Assembly (NCBI GenBank): GCA_043228905.1
Contig: JBHGNT010000001.1
Span: 21,948,001 to 22,012,000, forward strand
Source: Azolla caroliniana
Taxonomy: Eukaryota; Plantae; Polypodiophyta
Direction: 5' to 3'
DNA length: 64,000 nucleotides
In this document: positions 36,714-49,013 of the stretch, one piece after another
Position numbering within the stretch: position 1 is the stretch's first letter
Layout of the letters: each line of letters starts with the position of its first letter
Made by a program: the position numbers and the translations under genes
Notes under the pieces: model-generated
What the model saw: only the letters and a program-made list of their open reading frames with translations
What the model was told of the DNA's origin: nothing
Databases searched by the model: none

Positions 36714-36786
36714 GTGGTTATATCCAGATGGTTGAGCATGATGTCTGGTAGACGTGAGGTTGCAGGTTCAATCCTCACTAGCTACA
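36714..36786 (+). pseudogene. tRNA-like cloverleaf remnant inside the LTR
   Basis: Acceptor GTGGTTA/TAGCTAC pairs 7 of 7 with GU; CAGATGGTTGAGC D-loop; ATGT-CTGGTAG-ACGT arm; GGTTCAATCC B box. Confidence 0.6.
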
Positions 36787-36952
36787 TATTTGATGTCATT
36801 GTGCCGTGGCATTATCCTGCCCTTTACGGTCGCCTTTTCGAACGCATGGTGTAGGGGTGGACGGGAATTGGAGCACTAACAGGCATTATCCTCCCCTTTA
36901 CGCCCGCCTTTCCGAAAGAATGGTGTAGGGGTGGATGGGGATTGGAGCACTG

Positions 36953-37790
36953 ACGGGCGTGAGTAACCATATGTTGTCCTCACTGGACATTGGAACACCG
37001 ACGGACATGAGTGACCATGTGCGGTCCTCACCGGAGAATGGAAGACCGACGGGTGTGAGCGGCCATCTACGGTCCTCACCGCATATTAGAACCCTGACGG
37101 GGGTGAGCGACCATGTGTGGCCCTCACCGAAGACTAGAACACCTACAAATGTGAGAAACCGTGTGCGGTCCTCATCAAGAACATGAATAGGAGTGCGCGA
37201 CCATGCGGCCCTCATCGGGAACTTGAACATCAACGGGAGTGAGCGACCATTCGTTCCTCACCGGGAACTCTAACACAAATGGACGTGATCATCAAGAACA
37301 TGAACAGGAGTGCGCGACCATGCGGCCCTCATCGGGAACTTGAACATCAACGGGAGTGAGCGACCATTCGGTCCTCACCGGGAACTCTAACACAAATGGA
37401 CGTGATCTGGGTCGCTCACCGGGAACTTGAACACGAACTGACGTGAGGAACCATGCGGCCCTCACCGAGAACTCGAACATGAACGGGCGTGAGCAACCAA
37501 GTGTGGCTCTCACTGGGAACTCAAACACGAATGGGCATGAGCTGCCATGCGGTCCTCACCGGGAATTAGAACACGAACGGGAGTGAGCGACCATTGGGTC
37601 CTCATCGAGAACTGGAACACGAACAGGAGTGAGCGACCATGTGGTCCTCACCGAGAACTGGAACACGAACGGGCATGAGCGACCGTGTATGGCCCTCACT
37701 GGGAATTGGAACGTGAGTGACCATGTGCGGTCCTCATCGGAAACACGAATGGGCGTGAGCAACCATGCGGTCCTGACCAGGAATTAGAAC
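36953..37790. repeat. ~46-bp minisatellite, about 18 units, with a 117-bp higher-order duplication
   Basis: Consensus-like GGGCGTGAGCGACCATGCGGTCCTCACCGGGAACTGGAACACGAAC; the block at 37174 repeats at 37291. Confidence 0.9.
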
Positions 37791-38164
37791 AAGGGACCAA
37801 GGAGGTTACAAGTATTTATACAAGTTCTGAGATTGAGTATCTCTGGAATATACCTGACAAATATATCTAGAATATACCTGTTTAAAATACACCATAGAAT
37901 ATTTCTAGAATACACTAAAGGCTCTAGAATATTCTAGAATGTATATATGCTAGAACATATAATACTCTATTATATACAAATACATGGTCCTTTCCAGATG
38001 GTCGAGCAGGTTTAATTCTCACTAACTACGTATTTGACATCATTGTGTCATTAGTAGGTTAGTGACATAACCTTCTAACAACTTAGACCTGCTCTACAAC
38101 ACTGCACACATTCACATAAATGTGCATGTGTTTACAGTGTACACACATTAATATGCACACACCT

Positions 38165-38414
38165 ACAACATGACTTTTAACACAAGACTTTACACTTATC
38201 TATCCACGTACCATCACTTATACACTCATACACTTACAATCCCATGAATAACACATATGGCAAGCCCATGGGATAGTGCCTTGCATGGCTCAACCCACAT
38301 GCTTTTAATAAACACACACTTACAATATGACTTTTAACACAAGATTTTACACTAATCTATCCACGTACCATCACTTATACTCTCATACACTTACAATCCC
38401 ACGGATAACACATA
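38165..38414. repeat. Direct repeat of ~90 bp at 157-bp spacing, origin unknown
   Basis: TGACTTTTAACACAAGA...ATCTATCCACGTACCATCACTTATAC occurs twice. Confidence 0.8.
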
Positions 38415-38417
38415 AAG

Positions 38418-38979
38418 TGTTACGAAGGCACTACGGCTCTTCTGTGTGCACAACAGTCAGCAGATCATGATGTGCTAGATCGTTAGATGCTCAAGATAGA
38501 AAAGGAAGGGGAAGGAGACTTACCTCTATGTAAAACACACACTTCTATTCCATTACACGTAGGGCTCAACTTGCTCTCGTCAGTTTTCTGTTCATGCTTC
38601 TACACACTCTCACTCTTACTCACTTTTCTCCTTACTACACTTACTTTTTACCTAAGTATATAAGTGACTTATATATCACATTTATGTCCACTAGTAGCTA
38701 ATTGGCTAATCCCTACTATAGCTTATTTCTCAATAAGCATCACATACCTTTGTTGAGATTGCTTCTCAACACTCCCCCTGAAGCTGAACTTATCCTTTCT
38801 TGGGATCGCTACTATAGCTTATTTCTCAATAAGCATCACATACCTTTGTTGAGATTGCTTCTCAACACTCCCCCTGAAGCTGAACTTATCCTTTCTTGGG
38901 ATCATATTCAATCTTCTTTTCTTTATGCTTTTCAGCTCCCATCATGTCTCTAAACTTGTTGATTTGTACTTACATACAA
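38418..38979 (-). mobile_element. 3' end of a diverged Copia element: LTR 38418-38771, PPT, 96-bp tandem duplication 38713-38904
   Basis: TGTTACG...CTCAACA followed by CTCCCCCT (PPT on minus); the junction resembles the Bryco PPT/LTR junction. Confidence 0.6.
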
Positions 38980-39484
38980 TGTCATGATATGGCAAGACTC
39001 GAACCCATGACCTTATGCTACATGGGTCGAGCTCTTGACCATTAGACCATACATTGTAATACGTAAAATATTATTTTCATTTATGTTTTATTATAGAAAA
39101 TTGATGTATATTCTAGATTTCTCTGGAACATTCTAGAAACTTCAGGAGTACTCCTGAGAACACTATATTATTTCGAACCAAATCGATTCAACGCTAGTCT
39201 TAAGCCTCCTAGCTACTATTGTATACTCTCTTCACATAATATATATCATTTATCATCATCCTCTCTCACCCTTTCTCTCTCTCTATCTCTCTATCTCTCT
39301 ATCTCTCTCTCTCTCTCACTCTTTCCTTCTCTCGAGAGTTCTACATCTCTCTTAGTACTAATCCTCATCTTTTAGTACTAATTCCTTCTCTGTCTTAGTA
39401 CTGATCCTAACTGTTTGAACCGATTTCCCACCCTCTGTCTCCCTCCCTTCATACTAATCTCTTATTCCTCTTTCTTCTCATCCC

Positions 39485-40642
39485 ATGGCCACTATTAGTG
39501 CTCAAGAATATCAATCTGTTTTCTCGGAGTTGCAATGCTTGAAAGAGAAGTTCCTTGCTTTGGAACAAGAAAATCAACGGTTGTTGGGGGATCTTCAACA
39601 AATCTCCTTAGAAAAGCAGCAAACGCAACAACAACAACAACATGGGGAACTTGCGTTACGTGTGCAAAAACTTGAAGCAACCATCGTAGCGATGCAACAA
39701 CAAGAACCCGGAACATAAGGGATTTATAAAGAACCCAAAATCAGCCTTCCTATGCAATTCGATGGAACGTGATCGCAGTTTAGAGGGTTCCTTAATCATG
39801 TACGACTACTTATTCAAATGCATCCTTCCCGATATCCCACTGATGCATTAGGAGTGGGTTTCGTAGGCACGTTGTTAAGTGGCTCAGTGTTGGCATGGTT
39901 CGCTCTGTTGTTAGAAAAAGAATCTCCATTACTAAACAATTTTTAAGAGTTTATAAGTGAGTTTAAAGCTTGTTTTGGAGATACTGACAACATAAGGACA
40001 ACAATCAACAAAATCTGACAACTACGTCAAGGCGATCGTCCAGCCTCCGCATATGCTGCAGATTTTCGTCTACTCACCTCCGATATCCCCTGGGATGATC
40101 AAGCGTTAATGGAGCAATTTCGTTATGGTCTACGTAACGATGTCAAAGATTTACTCTTGACCTTTCCTGAAGAACCAAAGTCATTAATAGAAACAATCAG
40201 TCGCACAATGAGATGCGACAATCACCTCTTCGAACGACGTTCGGAACGTCAGTTCCAGATGCCAAGGGCAAGATCTGAGCCTAGCTATGCCTCAGTGGTA
40301 ACGAAACATTTTTCGAGGGAGTCATATAATGCGCCTCCAGTAAGTACTCCAAATCCGATGGAAATTGACACTACACATCGTCGTAAACCGCTATCGGAAG
40401 AAGAAAAGCAAAGACGCCGAGCAAACCGACTATGTCTTTATTGTTGTGGACCATGGCATATCGCGGTAAATTGTCCCCATAGGCCAAGAAGGCAGGTAAA
40501 CCAAATAGTTGCTAGTTCTGATTGTACTAAACCCGAGTCTATTTCAGTAGGGTTATCTAATAGTCCTAATAGTGCTAATAACCCAAATCTAGCGAACAAA
40601 TTTGATGCCCTTAGTCAGCTAGAAGAAGAGTTAAACGATTAA
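39485..40642 (+). pseudogene. gag: Chromovirus gag
   Basis: Coiled-coil-like N-terminus, EQFRYGLRNDVKD, PNPMEID, zinc knuckle CLYCCGPWHIAVNC; internal stops. Confidence 0.9.
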
Positions 40643-43600
40643 GTCCAGCCAAAATAGGAGTCGTTTGGTTGTACATCCCTAGATCTGTGCAGCCCATTAG
40701 TGGTTCCATTCCCTCTAAGCAAGTTAGCAATGCGTTCGTAGCCCAAGTAACAGTTCGTACTAAAAGTACCCCTCCAGTACATGTCTTAGCACTTCTAGCT
40801 TCCAGAGCTAATTTTTGCTTCATGGATAGGAACTTTGCCCAAGCTCATCAGATATCTCTTAGAAAACTCCCGTGTCTAGCCTCTGTAGTAGTCATTGATG
40901 GTTGTCCCATTGCTTCTGGAAATATCATAGAAGAGTAAGAGCCCGTTAATATTGTCCTAGATCATCTAGCATGTGTAGTATCATTTAATATAATTAGCAT
41001 CCTAGAACACCCCATTATTTTAGGATTACCATGGTTTGAATTACATAACCTAGACATAGATTGGAGAACAAGAGAAATCCGGTATCGAAAAACCCGAGGG
41101 TCTACTCATGAGATTGCAACCATTTCGCTACATCAGTTGCGAGGAAGAAATGTTTCTCTTCGCAATATCAGTAAAGCCCTCAGACACCATTAAAGAGGAG
41201 TCCACCATTCAACTTCCAAAGAAGTATCATCATTATGCTGATGTGTTCGATAAAGTACAAGCCAATACGTTGTCGTAGTGTATTCCATACACTACGTGAA
41301 AATAATATAAAATAACCGATTGAATAAATATGAAGAAAAAAGAAGAAGAAAATATCAAAATAAGCATTTCATGCATAGGGCAAGATTTGAACCTTGCACC
41401 TCCATATTAATAATATAATGTCTTACCATTGCACTAGCATTTCATTAGTGTTAAAAGGTAGATGTTCCACATAGAAAGGTTAGTTCACCTTGGATAAACT
41501 TTAGTTAAAAGAAAACGCATGCTAAAAGAAAAAACTACGCAGGCACATCTAGCGTGCATGAATGCTATAGTTGATAAAAAACGCACAAGTTAGAAAAAGC
41601 ATGATCACTTTAGATAAAGCATATAGTCTATCTATAGGAAAAGCATGGAGTCTATAGTTAGAGAAGAAAAAGCATGGATTGCTAAGACTCCCTCATCACT
41701 ATATAAGGATGGGGAGCACAATGTAGTGTGTGTGGAATATTTGGAAATTGAATATATTTCCTAAAACACCAATTAATATAATATATTCGTGGGATTCACG
41801 AATTTGTGATCAAAATTGTCTCTTACTATCTAAATATTGATTAAATACACTAAACTCATGGGATTCATGAGATTCATAACTTACCTATCTTTCTAATAAT
41901 CTATCCATAACTATAAACTTGTCTCAAATTCTTCCTCCTCCTAGTCCAAAACCTTAGTGGTTCCCATCCGACTCACGCAACGATGCGGAGCCAAAAGGCA
42001 CGACAACGCTTCCTCACCATCGACCATATGATTGCCCCATCGATTTACAACCGGGGAAAGAGCCACCATGGGGACCAATCTACAATTTGTCACCAACTGA
42101 GCTAGAAGTCCTCCAAGCCTATATAGAGGAGAATTTGGAAAATGGTTTCATTCGGCATTAGAAATCTCCAGCCGGTGCACCCATTTTCTTCGTCAAGAAA
42201 AAGGATGGATCACTTCATCTCGTTGTAGATTACTGTGAGTTGAATAAGGTTACAATCAGAAATAGGTATGCACTTCCCCTTATCTCAAGTCTTTTAGAAT
42301 GGATCAATGGTGCAAGGTTCTTCACGAAAATCGACTTACGTGGAGCCTATAACCTTGTACGGATCTGACCATCGACCATATGATTGCCCCATCGATTTAC
42401 AACCGGGGAAAGAGCCACCATGGGGACCGATCTACAATTTGTCACCAACCGAGCTAGAAGTCATGCAAGCCTATATAGAGGAGAATTTGCAAAATGGTTT
42501 CATTCGGCATTCAAAATCTCCATCCGGCGCACCCATTTTCTTCGTCAAGAAAAAGGATGGATCTCAAGTCTCGTTGTAGATTACGTGGAGCCTATAACCT
42601 CGTACGGATCTGACCAGGAGATGAATGGAAGACCGCATTTTGCACCAAATATGGGCACTTCGAGTATACGGTCATGCCGTTCGGCCTCACTAATGCGCCA
42701 ACAGTCTTCTAGCACATGGCAAATGATATATTCCGAGATCTCTTGGATGTTTTTTTGATCATCTATTTGGATGATCTACTGGTTTATTCGAAGACCCAAG
42801 AAGAGCATGATTCTCATGTACTGTTAGTACGAAAACAACTTCGAGGACATGGTCTTTATGCAAAGTTGGAAAAATGTAGTTTTGGGTGCAACCAGGTGGA
42901 ATTTCTGGGCTATGTCATTTCTTCAGAAGGCATCTCCATGGACCAAGCTAAGGTCAAAACTGTGGTAGAGTGGCAAACTCCGTGTTCGGTGTGAGATGTG
43001 CAATACTTTTTTGGCTTTGCCAATTTTTACTAGAAGTTCATACAGGATTACTCAAAGTTCGTTCTACCTCTCACACAACTTACTAGGAAGGGACAATCGT
43101 TCGTTTGGTCTGAAGAAGCGGACATGGGTTTCGAGAGTCTTAAAAAGACATTTACATCGGCTCCAATTCTAGCTCATGTTGATCCAGAAAAACTATTCAT
43201 TATCGAAGCAGACACATCAGATTTCGCATTGGGGAGTATTTTGTAACAACGGGGTAATGATGAGAAGCTACATCCTGTGGTTTTTCACTCACGCAAGTTT
43301 GACGCCGCCAAAATCAACTACAAAATTCATGATAAGGAGCTATTGGCAATAGTGGACTCTTTTACGCAATGAAAGCATTTTCTAGAGGGATCCTCTCATC
43401 AAGTCATCGTATTCAATGACCACAAAAACCTTGCCTACTTTCAGGACGCTCGTGTGTTAACTCGACGTCAAGCTCGGTGGGCCCACTTCTTCACGCGTTT
43501 CGACTTCAAAATTACATATTGTCCAGGGAAGCACCAAGGGAAGGCAGATGCATTATCACGGCGTTCGTACCTAGCACCGCGTCCCGGCGAGCCAACTTTT

Positions 43601-43692
43601 GATAACCAAAAGCAAGTAATCTTGGGACCGACACGACTGCAAGCAACATATGTCTTTGGCATGCCCATGGATTCCCACATTATTGATACTAT
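40630..43692 (+). pseudogene. pol: Chromovirus pol 5' part (PR-RT-RNase H), with a 352-bp tandem duplication (units starting 42017 and 42369)
   Basis: [59 protein letters not shown]. Confidence 0.9.
41271..42005 (+). mobile_element. Phygy-like solo LTR
   Basis: TGTCGTAGTG...GGCACGACA; ends homologous to the G3 LTR; TSD ACGT/ACGC; the host frame ANT|LPHHRPYD rejoins. Confidence 0.92.
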
Positions 43693-43992
43693 TGTTGAGT
43701 GACAAGTTCAATGTTGGGTGCGTAACATGGTGCGTAACCTAGTGCGTAGACTGGGTGCGTAAAACATTACGCATAACGTAAGTCGTAACGGTGCAAACAC
43801 CGTGAGGCCGTTAGAAAGATATTCCACGAAAGAAATAATATTGGGAGTGAGTATAGAGGCTCATTTATGAGCGTCAAGTACTGTCAATACTTGTGTCAGC
43901 CCGATTGTCAAGGCTTGTATAAAAGGTGCTCACTGAGCACGGTGTATGTACATAGAGAGTCATTATTTTGAATCTGAGCTTTCTGTTGTCTG

Positions 43993-44025
<33 letters not shown>

Positions 44026-44242
44026 TCCATCTCCATCTCTGCATTTTCTGTGTTTTACCGAACTGTCTTATTCCTCCGAACTATGTACTCTGTGTTTACG
44101 CACACGCTTCCGCACAACGTATTCTTTTACATGGTATCAGAGTGCAAGGGTGGAAGTTCTCTGCAGCCGACAAGAAAAGCTTGTGACAAAACAGAGTTGA
44201 AGTTGTTCTTCGTTTTTGTTCGGAAAAGAAAAAGACAACAAT

Positions 44243-45085
44243 ATGGACAGAGGTATGGGAAGCTCGCTACCAACTGAAAAGCTCGACAGGAGCAACTACG
44301 CAACTTGGTCGTACAAGATGCACCAGTACCTGCTCGGTCACGACTACTCAAGTTATGTCAAAGGAGCTAATGATGTAGCACCCGATTCGACACACAACAA
44401 TTTTCCGGCTTGGGAACAAGCGGCAAGCAGAGTTCTCTACTGCTTTGCATCCTATGTGAGCGACCAACTATTGAGCTATATTCAGGATGCTAAGATGCCA
44501 AATGACGCATGGGCGAATCTCAAAAAGCCTTTTGCCGCAAGCACAACGGCCAGGAAGCTGCAGCTCAGACATGAGCTCAGCAATGTCCGACAAAAAGATC
44601 TGTCTGTGGCCGATTATACGGCCCGAATCAAGGAAACCCGCGACTCTCTCGCCTCCGTCAACGTGAACGTCGAGGAGGATGAAATGGTGCAGGTTTGCAT
44701 TGGTGGGCTAGCGTCCAGGTTCGGAGCCTTCCGAATGGCGGTCTGTATGAGGGAGAATACGCCTTCGTTCTTCGAGCTTCAATCAATGTTTCTCGTGGAG
44801 GAAAACCACGTGGGTGCGTCAACGAGTGCGCACGTCGATGGCAAGATGCTCTACACGGAGGATGAAAGGCCCTGTGGTTGTGATGGACGAGGTGGATCGG
44901 CACGCAATGGAGGCGGCCGAAAGGAGCAGAATGGATGGCATAATCGAGATGTTGGAAGAAATTCCGAACCCTCTAGAAGTAGGGGGAGTCATGGCGGCGC
45001 TGGAAGACGGCAAGAGAAAGCCGTGTCGGAATGCTGGTACTGTGGCAAGAAAGGCCACAAGGAGAGCGAGTGTTGGAAGAAATAA
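44243..45085 (+). pseudogene. gag: Element D gag
   Basis: KLDRSNYATWSYKMHQYL, TARKLQLRHEL, CWYCGKKGHKESEC, ending in a premature stop. Confidence 0.88.
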
Positions 45086-48000
45086 GCCAATTCAGACAAA
45101 GTTGGATCGAGCGGAAGAGATGTAGGAAGGCGTTAGAAGTCGCATTACACGGAAGGCTCGGAATGAGTTGGAAATGGAATGGGTCCTGCCTTCGTAATGA
45201 AGCATATGGCCAACTCAATGGCCGTGAACACCTCGAAATCGAGCGAGGTGTGGTATGTGGATTCCGGAGCGTCAAATCATATGACAAGTCACGCGGAATG
45301 GTTCTCGTACTTGGAGAAGTCGGAATCACGAGGGGTTGTTGAAATGGGAGATGATACCCCGCATGCCATCGAACATGTCGGCGAAGTTCCTCTTAGCCAT
45401 GTAGGGCAGAAAGGGAAACTCATGAATGTGTTGCTTGTCCTGACAATAATGAAGAACTTGGTGTCGGTCGGTCAGATCGTTGACCAGGGAATGCAGGTTC
45501 GACGCATCTCGGCTGCTTCATAGAAGAGGAAGTTAGAGTAATCGCGCAAGGGCTCCGTGAAGGGAGGATATTTATCGTCGACACTAATCAAGTCGGAACC
45601 GCGTTGCACACGAAAGGACAAAAGGTCGAATCGGATATCGACTAGTGGCACAAGCGGTTCGACCACGTAAATTTTCCACGGCTTCGTGAAATGCAAACGA
45701 AGAATGTTGTTTCCGGGTTGCCGAAATTTCGTGGCCGGAATGGCCAAGTCTGCAAAGCCTGTCAGATGGGAAAACAACACTGACTTCCATTCCCCAATGA
45801 GCGTAATCATAGTCGAAATCCATTGGATTTGATCCATTCGAATCTGTGGGGTCCGGCACAGAACGTGAGTCTCGGTGGAAGCCGTTAATTTGTAACCTTC
45901 ATCGAAGACTTCACTCGGCTATTCAGACAAGAAAAAGGGGTATAAGTGTTACAATCCCCGAACGAAGGAAGTACACGTAAACCGCGATGTCGTGTTCGAC
46001 GAGTCCGCTTCGTGATACTTGCTTTCATCTCCAACTCCTCATGACTCCATTCCAAATTCTGAGGACAACGGTAGCGAGGCTGAAATGCCTCCGCATGATG
46101 AAATCGGAGCTCTAAGAGAGAGTCCGATCTCATTTCAGCTAACTGGGCCAACTAAAGGGTTGGGCCAAAATGACTAACCTCTTGAAGACACGGTGAGCAG
46201 TGGAGACTCGGTCGTGATGTCCCCGCATAAAGAACCGAGGAGACGGTTTACGCACAAGGAGAAGGGGAAGAAGAAGATGTCGGAATACAATTTCGGTAGT
46301 GCCAAGTCAGTTCGAAGTGAATCTGACCTCGAACCAGTCAAGAAGGAACCTCCACGGAAGAGGTCGAAATTGACCGAAAAGGTCACAAAATCAGGTAATC
46401 ATGAATTACGACGATCTACCCGCCAGAAGAACCCCGTAAAGAGGTATGGGTATAATGAGTACATGGCGCACCATTACACGTACATGACGCGAGTGGCGGA
46501 AGTGCGTCAGCCGGAGAGCTACACAGAAGCGACGAAAGACGCAAATTGGCGTGCCGCAATGGAGGAAGAGATGCGCGCATTATCAGAGAATGAAACCTTG
46601 GACCTCGTTGATGCACCGAAGGGTGTAAAGCCGATCGAATGCTATTAAGAGACAAGCTCAACATTGGCCGGATCGGTTGAGCAAGCCAAGGACTGGATTG
46701 GTTGGGACCGATCGGTTAGGCCGGACCGGTGCGTAAAACGGGTGCATAAACTAGTACGTAGACCGGTGCGTAGGAAGGCCGTATAGGTGCGTAAACTGAA
46801 AGGCCGTTAGAGAGATATTCCTCATAAGGAATAGTTTTGGGAGTAAGAGTCGAAGTTCATTTATGAGCAGTCAAGTACTGTCAGTACTTGTGTCAACCCG
46901 ATTGTCAGGGCTTGTATAAAAGTGCTCACTGAGCACATCCTATGTACAGATTGAGTATTATTTTTTAATTAAGTTATGTGTTTTACTCTCTCTCTGTCTC
47001 TCCCGTGCGTAATGTGCAAACCTAAGCTTTCCATTAAACCTCCATTTTCTGTTGTTCTGTTTTCTTATATTGCTTCTGCATACAATTCTTTTCATGGTAT
47101 CAAAGCGCGAGGGTTGAGAACATCTACAGCCAACTTTGCTGGAAGGAAAACCCAACGAAGAAGAACAAGAAAACCGATGCACAAAGGAATGGCTAGCTCG
47201 CTTCCGACGAAGAAGCTCGACAGAAACAACTACGCATCTTGGTCTTACAAGATGCACCAGTGTGGGTGGGTTAACAACTATTAAGCTACGTTTGGGATGC
47301 AAAAACGCCGAAAGGTGCGTGGGAAAATCTGAAGAAGATTTTCGCCGCCAGCACCACAGCTAGGAAGCTTCAGCTCCGACAGGAGTTGAGCAACCTACGG
47401 CAACGCGATTTGTCGGTGGCTGACTATACCTCGAGGATTAAGGACATATGCGACTCCCTAGCTTCCATCGATGTGAACATCGAGGAAAGCAAGATGGTCC
47501 AGGTCTGTCTTGGGGATTTGGCATCGATGTTCGAGGCGTTCCGAACTACTATGTGTACCCGGGACAATACGCCGTCCTTTTTCGACTTATAGTCGATGCT
47601 CCGTATAGAGGAGAACCACGTGGGTGCGTCGACAAGCATGCATGCCGACAGCAAGATGTTGTACACAGAGGGAGAGAGGCCCCGTGGTCGTGGTGGACGA
47701 GGCGAGTCCGTACGCTATGGAGGCGGCCGACGGGATCAAGGAAGAAGGCACTGAAGTGATGCCGACAGCAATTCCGGACCCTCCAGAAGCAGGGGGAGTT
47801 GGGGCGACGAGAACCGGCAAGGGAAATCCGCCACGGAATGCTGCTACTGTGGCAAGAAAGGTCACAAGGAGAGCGAGTGTTGGAAAAAGAGCGTCGAGTC
47901 AGAGAGGACTGGTTCCGGATCTGGTTTCGAACATACCCACAAAGGAAACTGGCAATGATCGCACTACGCCGAAGGATCAGTCTTCGTGACGAGACACGAA

Positions 48001-49013
48001 GCAAACTCAATGAAGCAGTCCACCCTGAAATCGGATGAGGTATGGTACGTTGACTCCATTGCGTCAAACCACATGACGTTGTCGTAGTGTAATTCGTACA
48101 CTACGTGAAAAATTACATTTTTGGTTTCTCCGGATAAGACATGGAGTAGCCGGTGAGAATCGGAAGAAGGAACCGGTAAGGACCGAAACCGGCAAGGAGA
48201 CCCGGCAAGAGCCGGATGAAGAAAGCCGGTGAGAGTCGGTGAGAAACGGACGAAGAGATCGGTAAGGAGGTCCCGGTAAGAACCGGACAAAGAAAACTAT
48301 CAAGCACCGGATGAAGCAGAACCGGAAAGAGCCGGATGAAGAAGGCCGGTGAGAGTCTCTCACCAGATGAAGAGACGTATTTGTAAATAGAAGAAAGTAT
48401 AAAAATATATATATTACATGCATAGGGCAAGATTCGAACCTTGCACCTCCATGTTAATAATGTTAAGCCTTATCATTATAGTAGGGTATTATGAATTTTA
48501 AAGTTATACTAAACTTTATTCCATGTAAAATTTCTAGACATGCATGGTACAAAAGTTATTCATGCATAGACACTCGAGTTAAAAAGAAAAGATGAGATAG
48601 AAAGCTAATCATGCACATGCAGTGTGCATGAAAACTAAAGATAGAAAAAGCATGATGCTTGCATGTGATAAACTTAGACTCTTCCAACACTATATAAGGA
48701 AGAGAGAAAGCTGTATAGAGGTTGTTGATTATTTTACAAGGGTTGATTAATATAAGATAATCGTGCGATTCACGAATTTGCTAACTATTCTTTCTCTCTT
48801 AATTTGATTACTCACTAATACACTATACTCGTGGGATTCACGAGTTTTTCATATCTTTCTTTCTTACAATATATTTCATATTCTTAATTGCCATAGAATT
48901 TTCATTCCTCCTAGTCCAAAACCCCAGCGGTTCCCACTCGACTCACGCAACGATCCGGAGCCATAAGGCACGACACAAGTGGTGAACCCGACGTGAACAC
49001 AGGTGGCAAGGAG

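Larger units (their letters stand above)
36301..38052 (-). mobile_element. Non-coding LTR element with an internal tandem array; 3' LTR ~36301-36811, partial second LTR copy 37791-38052
   Basis: ~250-bp direct repeats (36563-36806 and 37791-38051). PPT-like AAAGGGCAGGATAA precedes TGCCAC on the minus strand. LTR layout (tRNA-like part, TCTAGAA repeats, TATA) resembles the chromovirus LTR. No TSD found. Confidence 0.6.

Noticed and set aside
36953-37790. Regular repeat array as a possible CRISPR
   Set aside because: Units are contiguous with no unique spacers, there are no cas genes, and the context is eukaryotic.
39270-39320. (CT)n/(GA)n microsatellites, also at 19153, 27907, 43994 and 63938
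   Set aside because: Ordinary LTR components.
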